A DNA stretch of 64,000 bases from Paramecium tetraurelia. Its lineage: Eukaryota. Below, piece by piece: positions 41,101 through 52,435 of this stretch. The DNA is taken from the NCBI GenBank assembly GCA_000165425.1, contig CT868208.1:372001-436000 (forward strand). The letters run 5' to 3'. The notes beneath the pieces were generated by a model. It did not search any database and had not been told where the DNA came from. It saw nothing but the letters and a program-made list of their open reading frames with translations. Each line of letters starts with the position of its first letter. The stretch's first letter is position 1. Made by a program: the position numbers and the translations under genes.

Positions 41101-42489
41101 AAAATATTATGGAATAATTTATTCTCTTACATAATCAGATCAAATAATTTAGAGGGTTGAAGGTCTAATTAAATGTAAAGCCTTTGTATTACCATGATTA
41201 CGAAGGACCAATTGAAATGAAATAAATAGTAGAGGAAATATTTGATGAAAAGAAACTTAAACTTGGTTAATATACTATTACAAGTGACGATGAACTTAAA
41301 AGAGTGAAAGTTACTATTGAATGTTGGAACAAATAGGATCATGAATAATTGAACAAAGAAATATAGGATGCATTCACTCCAAAAATAATTAAGTCTTCAT
41401 AAGATTTTGACATCACAGTTATATTTAGTTAATCTGGTACAAGATTCCTTAAATTCTAAGAAGAATCTTTATAAATTCTAATTAGGTAGGATTTTATTAA
41501 TAATCAATTATTTGTAAATAGTTCTTAAATCAAATACAATCAATTAACCAAAGCAATCAAAGAATTTGTATCTGATTGTTCTAAAAGTATAATTTAGATT
41601 CCTAAGAATTGCATAAGATTAATAATGGGAAACGATTCTTAAGGACTTAACGAAATCAAGAAGAACTTCGACTTAAAGAGTGTTAAATTCAATAGTATTT
41701 CAGGTGAATTACAACTATTTGGTGATTAAAAAAATCTTGATGCAGCTATCATTTCAATTAGTGAAATTATATCTTCTCAATAACAATAAGATAAACCAAT
41801 CAATGCCTTAACTTGTAACTATTGCTTTGATAATATGAAAAATGGATATATGCTCCAGGGTTGTGGACATAAGTTTTGTCTTTAGTGTATTATGTTCAGC
41901 ATTCAAAATTCATTGGGAGATATGACTTAATTGCCTATTAAATGTCCATAATGTAATTAAGGAATACTTTTGGCTGATTTACACATTTTAATTGATGAGC
42001 CTAGTTGGGAAAAGTTAATAAAATTATCCATCAACAAATGTAATAAATTTAATATTATAATATTAGATTTATAAGATCATGCTGCATAGATAGCTTTTTG
42101 TTTGACTCCAAATTGTCCAATAATTCATTTCCAAAAGATTCCAAGATATACCTGTAAAAAGTGCTAGAAACAGTATTGTAATTCATGCAGAGTATTATTT
42201 ATCATTCATCCTTTAGACTGCCTATCATTATGGATAAACTTGTAGAGAATTCAAAGCTGGTAATGAAGATTCCATTAACATATATATGAAGAAGAATGAT
42301 GTAAGAAGATGTCCTCATTGTAAAATATTGATTCAAAGAATTGATGGTTGTTATAGAGTTACTTGTACAGGATGCAAAAAAAGTATTTGCTGGAAAAATA
42401 AAGCAGATGGTACACCATGTATGGCAATCTTTGAAACATCTTCAGAATGTTATTCACATTTAACCAAAGAACATGGTGGATATTGGTGA
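38200..42489 (+). CDS. DEAH11/12-family-like protein: degenerate helicase region, RRM/KH domains and C-terminal RBR (RING-IBR-RING) E3 ligase
   Basis: RING1 CNYC..GCGHKFCLQC..CPQC; IBR CLTPNC..CKKC..CNSC..H..C; RING2 CPHC..IDGCYRVTCTGC; KH-like IRLIMGNDSQGLNEIKK; LSIFSGHKSAGYY segment typical of the helicase-associated OB region. Confidence 0.75.
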
Positions 42490-43193
42490 TTTGAACAATA
42501 TATATATTTATAGATCAATTTATTTATTTGAGTTTCCTGTCAATTAAGTTTAATAATTAAACTATTTATTTAACTGCTAGTACTAATCATAGAGTTATTA
42601 TCAATTAAATTCTAAATTGATATTTCAATCGTAGTCTTTATTGTAAATTGGCATTTTAATAATAATCCTAACATTTCAAATTAGCTCAATGCTATAATAG
42701 GTGCTTAACCAGTTCTTATTAAACATGTGATATGCAAAGTAGTGTGTTTCATTTAAAATATTGTATATCAAGATTGCATAAACTAATCTAGTACTAAATT
42801 CTAGCAATAATAATTTTAAAACCTTTAAATAATCAAGAAGCCATACTGTCTTATATATACTTTCATTTATTTTCCCACTTATATTCAAAAATCTTCTCAC
42901 TTATTTTTATTCAACTTTAGAGGTGGATTCAGACAGAATTTCAATCCCAAACTCACAAATATTATAAGTATCCTTGACTTTGAATTTTTAATAAAGAAAG
43001 AAGTCCTATTTCTTCATGATCAATATTTTTTCTTTTAAATATATTTATCAATTCTAGGCTACTAACTGCAAAATGCATTCCTTTGATTAGAATTAAAAAT
43101 CTATATACAGCGTTATAATAGTGATATCAGTTGATATAACCGCAAATATATATTGCATTATCTCTAATTGTTAAATTTATATTTCATTTATAA

Positions 43194-44492
43194 ATGTCTG
43201 AGGATATCAAGTCTAGAGTCATGAATTACTTTAATTGTCCGTTGGGAGATATACATGAAGGAGAATAACTTAACTTTGTTTGTCTTGAGGCAAATTGTAA
43301 AGAAATGGGACTCATCTGTCCTGTATGCAGAACTTAAAAACATTCCAAGCACAAAGTCATTCCATTGAAGATCTTTCTAGCAGATATCTATACTAATATA
43401 AATGCTAAGCAAAATTAAAATTCTTTGGATTCCTTACTCGTGCAATTAGATTAATCTCGCTTGAAAATGTTATCCAGTCTTAAAGACATTGTCCAAAAAA
43501 TGGTTTTGTATGACATTTATGTCTTATCAATAGACAAATAAAATTGCTTGAAGAATAAATCAACTTAAGTTATAAGAATACAAAATAGAGATTATAGGAA
43601 TAGAATCAAACATAGATGAATTTTCCTCTGTTGTTTTAATAAATCCTAAATACTCAATATAAGAATGTGGAATTATTAAAATAAGATGTACGTAAGATCA
43701 TCGACAATGTAAGTCAACTCCAACCTGGCAAAATTGAAATTGACTTTAAACCTTAAAAATTGTTTGATTCCTATTAAAAAGCTGTAAATATTCTGTAATT
43801 ATCATTCTAGTCACAAGAGGCAGTTAATCAATTATAGATGTTATTTACATCGTTTAAATAATCAACTTAAAAAATAGTGAAACCAATTGAAAAGTTTACT
43901 TTGCCAGTTGTTAGTCATAATCAAATCAATTTCATTTTTAGTTAAACATTGAAATCGGCGACAATTAATGTTCAAGATTTAAAAATAGCCACTCAATAAG
44001 TGTAATAGAATACTGAAAATCGATTTATTTTAATTGAACCATCTATTTAAGATTCATCTAAAATTGCCTTTAAAATTGTAAATTTAACTAATTTCATTGG
44101 ATTGGGAATTGGTTTGAAGAACGTTCTTCAAACAAAGAAGTAAGAATACGATTTAATCCATTAGCATGAGATTTGATTAATAGTCAATAGGACATGGTTC
44201 ATACATGGCATCATCAAACGATCTTGTATTTTCACATCACAAATAGGAGGAAAATATGATATCTAAATCTTTTCCATTTGCAACTGGAGATATTGTGATT
44301 TTAGATGTCAATTTTGAAAATTAGGTATTTTAATAGATATCTATGTATTAGATAATAAAGTTTAAGAATAAGAACTCATAGAATGAACCAATATCACTTA
44401 CATTTGACATTCCAGAAAATGATGAAATTGTTTTTTGCGTTAATATGGGTAGTGTAGGAGAAAAGGTGGAAATTTTAGACGATTGGGATTGA
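43194..44492 (+). CDS. B-box-like Zn finger + coiled coil + SPRY-like domain protein
   Basis: CPLGDIH..FVCLEANC..LICPVC..H..H; C-terminal IAFKIVNLTNFIGLGIG..GHGSYMASSN..FPFATGDIV beta-rich domain; micro-introns. Confidence 0.75.
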
Positions 44493-44582
44493 TTGTAATA
44501 TAAAAGCAATATTATTTAAATAAATAAAATTTTCATATTCTAAAAACAAATTATAGAATATATGTGATATGATTCTATTTAA

Positions 44583-45710
44583 TCAATTACTTTGACTAGA
44601 AGCATCAACAACTTGAATTTTTATTTGGATTGTTTGTTGTTATGATTTCATATAAAAGTAAAATTTTATTATATATTTAACTTAAAGATGTTATTATAAG
44701 TTTTAGTAATTAATTATCAGATTTACAAAGAGAGCAATGACCATCTGTATTCCATTTCATCTATGATTTAGGACGAATCAGCTTCTTCACCTTGCATCCA
44801 AGGATGAGACTGAATTTCAGGAATCTTTAATAAAATATTTATATATTAATTACTGATAATCTCCGATTTGGATTAAAGGCCAGAAGTTTGACTATAATAT
44901 CCTTTAATTCAGCTGAAAACTCAAACTAATGCTTCTCCCAAAACTTTCCGATTTATTATCTTAATAATCAATACAAATATTACCTATAGATGAACTAATA
45001 ATTTGGATCGCACTTAATGTTAGCATTATGAAAAGGACTAGATCCAGCACAAATTTAAAATAAAATAACTCCTAACTAAAACAAATCTGCCTCCACTGGG
45101 TGATATGGTTGTCTCAGGTATATCTCTGGAGCTGCAGTTTAAGGTGTCCCAACATAACTATGTTCATTAAAATAATAAATTACTCAGTCACTTTTATTCT
45201 TCTTCCCTACTCATCTAAATATTGAACAGCAAATCCAAAATCACAAATCCTCAACTTATATTAATCATCCAATAATATGTTTTCTAATTTTAAATCTCTA
45301 TGAGCAACACCCATCTTGTGAATCTTATCAATTACTATTAATAATATTTTTGCACTATTACTGAATATCATCTGTTTGAAGAAATTTCTGGCTATGTTTT
45401 CTTCCAATCTTGATTATTGTAAGTATTATAGTAAGTTTCCGTACTTAGCATAATCCATCATTATGCACCCTCTTAGTTGACTTTCTCTTATTCTAATTAC
45501 TCCAGAAATGTGACTCAACTTGTTCATTATACGAATCTCGTTCTCATATAGTTGATCTTTTTAAGCCTTGAACACTTTCAGTGCCATCAATTCTCCAGAT
45601 CTTGAAACTAATTGGACACTAATTCTCATTTAAAATTAATACTCAGCTGAAATCCCACATCCTATTTTGCTTATTACGCTGTATTCCTCTTCCATTGATG
45701 TTTAACACAT
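44583..45710 (-). CDS. Ser/Thr protein kinase (CAMK-group-like)
   Basis: IGCGISA, MALKVF, HRDLKLENILL, CDFGFA, VGTPQTAAPE, DLFQLGVILF; many micro-introns. Confidence 0.9.
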
Positions 45711-47109
45711 ATTGATAATAAAATTTATAATATTAGAAGATAGGAATTATAATGGCTAAATATTAATCAAATACAATAAACTCAGTAATAATTATATATT
45801 ATAAGTTTATTCGCCATCATTTCATTATCACAAAAATATTCAACACTACCAAACCAATATTTCTTATAAAAAATATCCATTATTAGATTTCCTCATAATG
45901 TGAAAATATTTATTATTAAATTTATTTGCATTAAGACTTTATCTAAATATAGTCACCACATGTTCTTATTATAATTGCTTAATAATATGTATTATAATAA
46001 TAAAAATATTTATCCATTGATTGCGGAGTGGAGGTTATTCCTCTTCCATTACAAGGAGGAGGCTGCGAGTTATATTCTGGCTTTGATTAAGTTTGTTATT
46101 TGTTAATTACTAAATAAAATATACTAATTATTCAATCATATGAAGGCTTATTAAATATCAAGATCATTTTTGACTGAATATAACTTTATTATTATTTGAA
46201 GATATCGAAAATTAAGGAATCTATGTTTTAATAACTATGGTTATTAGTTTTTCTCATTAATATACTCCTAAAATCAAAACCCTTGATAACTTATAAATTT
46301 CTGAATTAAAAACCTTGATAACTTTTTCCGAATATAAGGAAAATAAAAACGTATCTTCTTTATTGTGCCAATTTCAGATCCATCAAGTAGTAAGGTTCAC
46401 ACGTAATGGCTTGAATTTTTTCATTAATTCATTGGATAATATTGATCCTATGAAGCAACTTGGAGCAACTGTCTCTATTGTAATTCCTGATTTTAATTAT
46501 TTTTATACTATAAATAAACTACTAGTAAATTTAAACATTCAATATAGTATTTAATATTTTGAAATAAAAAAATAAAAATTTATTTAATAATTCTCAAGTC
46601 AATTAACTTTAGGAATATAAGATCTAATCGAAAGACTCATATTTAGAATCAAATCATTTAGATTCTTAGAAGAAATTCAAAATATATGCTTTCATTTTTT
46701 AATTTAATTTTAATTAAGCTTAATCATCATGAATATAAGTCTTATAATTTTTCTTACTTTTAATCAAATAATTTATTTTTTCTATCTCTCGAAGTTAACT
46801 ATTTCTGCCTTTAAGTTATTAATCAGGAATTAATTAACTTCTAATTCTAGGAATTTTATTTTTATTATTAAAAAATTTTTAAATTTTAGTTGTTATATTA
46901 TATGAGTTAAGCTATAAATATATTATTTTACTTACTAGTCACTTAAAGGAGAAGACGATAAAAGGATAAAATCTTCATCAACTTCGAAAAAATACTTGTT
47001 ATGTTCTAAAAGTTAAGAATCTTATTTAAAAATGAAAATTTATATCTGAAATTGTTTAATAAATCAATGTTTCGTATATTTGATATTGGTTAATAAATTG
47101 TAAACTAAC

Positions 47110-48144
47110 AATATTGAATAATGTTGAAACGCTTTCTTTCTGTAAATAGCCTCTGCAAACAGAGGAGCTAATATTAACTAGATAGGATATCAACAGACAA
47201 TCTGCAGATTCTTTCTCCTAAGATCTCATCTTCTTGGGGTTTGAAGGAATTATATTTATATAATAATTAAAAGGCAAGTATATTATAACTATAATCTAAT
47301 CTAAGGAAGGACTGGAAAGATTGATAAATTCTTTGCCAGAGAATAAGGCATGAGTTGCAAATGCAAAAACTCTAATAGCTCCTTGTTCCTTCAAGACTTT
47401 AGAGACTTCAGAGAGTGTGCTCTTTGTAAATATAAAACTATGTGTACTGCAGTATCAATCATGTCATCTACTATGATGCAATCCTGAAAATATATTATTA
47501 AGGATACATTTGAAATTTCAGTCATTCTTGTAAAAGTCTATTTTGGTTGTAATTATAATAACTGCTAATTTAAATTTTTAAGCAAGTTTATTTAGTCAAT
47601 AGTAATGTACCACCATTATTATTTTTCATGATGATGCTCTTCTTAAAGCAGATACTAATAATAATAATTCTATTAAATTATCATTGACAGGAGGAGAAGT
47701 GGATTGTATGATAAAAACATCTTTTCCTCTAATATTATTGAGAACCTAAGTTATGTATTATATAAACTTAAATTTGGCATTCCCGATATGCAAATTTTCA
47801 AGGGTCATACTTCTTAATTTAATATTCAAATATTCAGCAATCTTTAATAATCAATTTAATGGAATAATACCTTCTGCCAACTCTTTATTAGAATTACCGG
47901 ATAAGATAATAGTATTTTTGCTATGATAGATGTAAGGATATGCTAAAAATCATCTTCAGGTTCTAAAGTCCATTTAAATGCACAATTCAGCCTATCGCCG
48001 TATTTCTTGATGTTACGGTTGACTTGTAATCTTAGTTTCTATCTGTAGCAAATAGTTGATAGTAATCTAACTAACATCAGTTGTTTGGCATTATTTCGAA
48101 AGATATTATAATGTCTGAAATGAGCTGAAAATCTTTGTAAACAT
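47110..48144 (-). pseudogene. Ribose-phosphate pyrophosphokinase (PRPS) pseudogene
   Basis: [52 protein letters not shown] and LSVAPLFAEAI are recognisable. Lesions: in-frame TGA at 47626-47628 and 47596-47598, frameshifts, a large internal deletion, and an AT instead of GT donor at 47190. Confidence 0.88.
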
Positions 48145-48331
48145 AAAAATAGATATTTTTATTCATCTTTAAACAATAAATAAGATTTCACTTTTATAGA
48201 TACTATTAATACACATTAGATAATAAATTTTAAGATTTAGAAGTATTATATACAATAATTACATAATTCAATTATTAGTTTGATAAAATAAAATAATATA
48301 AAAAGTCTTATTTAAATATATTGATTTTGAA

Positions 48332-49031
48332 ATGATTGATGATTTAGATAAGCAATAAGAAGATGATTGCATGAATTAATATTGTAGAAACGAATAAACA
48401 TAAGTTTGGCCAGCTAAATTCAGCAATTAAACTCTGTTTTTCTGTTAAGAATGTTTAAATTTATATAATGAAAAGAAGTGCTGTTATTTTTGTGCATAAG
48501 TATATATTTACATGAAAATTAAGGTTTATTCTGATGACAATTAAAATTTTTTGGATGGTCAGAAATGGATAGGCTGTGATCAGGATGGATGTGAAAAATG
48601 GGTATTATATTTATTTATAGTAGTTTAGACTCATTTATAATGTGAATCAAAAAATGGTATTTCCTAAATTGACACCTTGGTGGAAGATACTAAATATAAA
48701 TATATTTGTCCATGGTGTAGGATCGAGGATTAAAAACAAAGATTTTCAAAAGCCCCTTGCAGAATAATGAACAAAAAGGCTCTCAAGTATTTAGAAAAGA
48801 TGAATCGAAGACAGAATAACCCAAATGAATAGACATAACATAATATTTAAGCTAATGTGCAATAGTTTTATTATTGTCCATCTGCATCAAGTAAGCAATC
48901 TTATCTTGAGGAATTACTTAAGAAAAACGGTAGATGTTCAAAATAATATAATAGGTGGATTTTGTTAGTAGGCTACATAAGAGGAAATCTAAGTAGATCT
49001 TTAAAAAATGATGTCTTTAATGAAATAATGA
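48332..49031 (+). CDS. PHD-finger protein
   Basis: CMNQYC..FCQEC..CCYFCAQ..WIGCDQDGCEKWTHLQC..YICPWC; three micro-introns. Confidence 0.8.
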
Positions 49032-49074
49032 ATAAATATGTATATACTTTATTTTTATGTTATTACTCATATAT

Positions 49075-50113
49075 TCAATTAGTGGATGAAGCAAGAAACT
49101 GTTAAGAATTTCCATATCTGCTCTGTTAATGAAGATGAGGTGGAATTTCAATGTACCCATCAAGTTTAGTGATATTTAGAAGATGAAAGTGTCTAATATT
49201 TTGAAAATCTCCAATCGACTTAATGATAGCTGCGAACCTAAATTCACTGCCTCTTTCTAATTTCTCGATCTCTAAAGCTAAAAGAATCTTGAATCTTCAT
49301 TACATAATTCAGTAGCCACTTCACTATCAGCAGTCAATAATAAATCAGGGTGGAATTCACTTTCTGCTGGATCCATTTTCACTAAAATGTTAACAGAATG
49401 ATGAAGGAACTTCAATAAAGATTATTGATTATCCTCTACTCTGATCGCAAAACCTAACCTTAACAGAAATATTTTACCCTTCCAATCTACTATTGTTCTA
49501 TCGACGTACTTTTATTCGCAATATTATTAAAATTGGACATTTTGGAATACTTTTTGTTTTGAGCATTTCTCTAAATAATCAGTCCAAGTGTCAGCAATAG
49601 TGATATTAGGACTGTAATGTTGATGATAGTCCATCCACTATGAAGTGGGTATCTCCATTATCCTATACCATAACACCCCTAATGTTAAAATCAACAATGA
49701 AATTCCTATAACTATTCTTTTTGTTAAAATGATTCCCAACTCTCCAATTTTGAATGACATCATCTTTAATAATATGATAATACTCATACTGAGTCCTTTA
49801 CACCTAATACGTGAAAGACTTTTCCATCACCCCCTATTACTTGATGGCATGCAGAACATCTAAACTTATCCAATCAAAATACTTATGAATTAAAGTTCTT
49901 GTTATTAACATTATAATTGGAATTAATAGAATACTTGCCATAAATCCAAAAATTAGCAAAATTAAGAAACAAGCAATGTAGCTTAAATATCCATTCTTAT
50001 AAGTAATCGCTGAAACTGTTGAGTTCGAACAGAAAGGACATTTGATTTATTTAGGCCTACATCATATTTTAGATTTACTAATTTCCTAACACTAAATCAT
50101 TGCTTAGAATCAT
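49075..50113 (-). CDS. LITAF-domain membrane protein with a wolframin-like Cys/OB C-terminal domain
   Basis: CPFC, a hydrophobic hairpin, then H-x-CSAC (LITAF); TM IVIGISLLILTLGVLWY; then TWTDYLEKC..YCEQKYVDRTIVDWKGFAIRVEDN. Five micro-introns. Confidence 0.7.
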
Positions 50114-50504
50114 TTCTATATATGCTTATTTAATTTTAATAATATAATAATTTAACAAATCAATATATTACATAAATGTAATTTAAACCAAGGATAAATA
50201 GATAGAGACTTGATAATATTGATACTACTTAAATAGTTTATATAGATAAACATCCTATATAGGAATTGACCTACAGTTTTTAAATATATATCCTACAATT
50301 TAAGACTTACATCCTATAATGAATTTTCTTATAACAGGGTTAAAATTTTAAACAAAAATTGAAAGATAAATCCGAAATAATTATTCTAGTATCAAATAGC
50401 AATAGGAGTGACATGAAAAAGTAGCTAAATCATTCTAAATGATAAATAATACACTAATAATAACAATAATTCTTTTTTTGATATGAATATGGATTTATTG
50501 TAAA

Positions 50505-52308
50505 TCATTACTTTCCTTAAAATGCTCTATAATGACTAATAAGGTTTTTGGTAGCACTGTTAGCATTAAATCCTGCAAAATCTAAATTCTAATGATTCTC
50601 AACATTTTTTAATAGAACTGATCTAACATTTTTAGCAAGAACCTTTCCTAATTCGACTCCCCATTAATCAAATGGATTGATTCCCCAAAGAATACTAAAA
50701 TTAAAATTATTTTATACCCTTCAACAAGAACTCTGTGTTCATAGAGAGCCAATAACTATCCAACATTATATGGATTGGCTTCATTTTGGAATAGAATCTG
50801 TAAACTGCATCTGTCTCCAGGGAATACTTTATGATGTTGTAATTCCTCTTTAACTCCTTCAGCAACGACTTCTTCCTTTGTCTTTCCTCTTGCTAAAGCA
50901 TCAACTTAAGCGAAGTAATTAGACATCAATTCATCATGTTAATCTCTTACAGCAGCTGGATTAGATGCTCCAGTTTCAGCTTAAGATTTAGCATAACCAA
51001 TAAATTCACAGGGTATTACTTATGATCCTTGATGAATCAATTAGAAGAAGGAATGTTATGAGTTTGTTCCTGGTTCACCAAAAATAAATGGACAGGCAGA
51101 TTTTAAATATTATTCATGCTTATCAGGATAAACAAGTGCTGTTTTACCATTACTTTCCATATGAACCTATTGGACATGAGCAGGGAATCTCAATAAGCAT
51201 TAAGCATAAGGAATCAAAGCCAAAGCTTGATATTTCTATAATAATCATTTATTTATTTACTTAGATGCTTGCTCTATACCATCCCAACAATCCCAAGAGA
51301 ACAGGTAGATTTCTGCTGACTTATTTCTCATTCACAAGATGTTAATCAATAGAATGAGCTCCGTTTAAGACTTGAGCAATATAATCATAACCAAATTAGA
51401 GACTCAGTGGCAAGACTCCAATAGCACTTGTGACACTGTATCTACCTCCGACCCAGTCCCAGAATCCAAAGACTCTTTATTCATTGATTCCAAATTTGCC
51501 TGTTTCTGCCAAGTTTGTGGATACAGCTGTCAAATGGGATTCCAATATTTCCTTTCATATTTAAATTTCAATTACTTTAGCATTTTCATGACCCAACAAT
51601 TTATATTATTCTAAAATCCAATTTCTGCATACTTTTGCATTCATAATTGTTTCTGCAGTTGTAAATGTCTTAGAGTTGATGACAAAAATGGTTTCCTCCA
51701 CATTCAAGCCTTGTAATGCTCTGATTGTATCAACGGGATCAACGTTTGCCAAAAATCTTAGTTATCTACCTTTAGATTTCAATTGTCCTTCATGATGTGT
51801 TCTTAAGGCTTCATAAATGAATTCAATTCCCAAATAGCTTCCTCCAATTCCAATGACAACTGTATTTAGCAATTATTTTTTGGTGTATCCTAAAAATGTT
51901 CCAGATCGAACGGATTCGGTAAATGTTTTGACTCTATTCAAAATTTAGTAGACATCTGGAATAACATTTTGTCCATCCACTATAACCTATTAAGCTTCTG
52001 GTGTTCTCAAGGCTGTATGTAATACTGCTCTATTTTCAGTGGAATTAAATTTGATCTATTTATAATAATTAATTCAATACTCCTGATTAGATATCCTTGA
52101 GAGTGGCAAAAAGATTTGTGTTGTCAGCTAATTGTTGGAATTGTGAAATCAATTCTGCATCTACTTTTTCGTGAGAATAATCCAACAAAATTCCATCGAA
52201 TTCTGTAACCAAATGCTTGTTTCTCTCATCATTATCAAGTAGGGTTCTTAGATGGGTTTTGGAAAGGACAGTCTCATAATAATGGGCAATCTTCTATTGG
52301 ATATCCAT
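50505..52308 (-). CDS. GPI: Glucose-6-phosphate isomerase
   Basis: [75 protein letters not shown]. Confidence 0.96.
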
Positions 52309-52435
52309 TGGCAAATAATATTAATTTTATTTATCTAAATCATCTTAATTTAATAATAGGTACCAAAATGGTATATGTAAGATTAATATAAATATCAACT
52401 GTTTTATGAGGAATATATAAATACTGCTAAAAAAG

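Noticed and set aside
691..42489. ASCC3, ZNFX1-like, La-motif and RBR genes as an RNA-surveillance gene cluster
   Set aside because: They are interspersed with unrelated housekeeping genes over 40 kb, with no shared orientation or motif; co-location is probably incidental.
42550..43158. Minus-strand patches vaguely like sedlin/TRAPPC2L (MQYIFAVIS, MHFAVSSLELI, EEIGLL)
   Set aside because: I could not join them with valid micro-introns without stops or frameshifts, and the similarity is too weak to call. It may be a remnant.
46281..46324. Direct repeat CCTTGATAACTT, two copies 32 nt apart
   Set aside because: Only two short copies with no array, terminal repeats or transposase nearby; not CRISPR or a mobile element.
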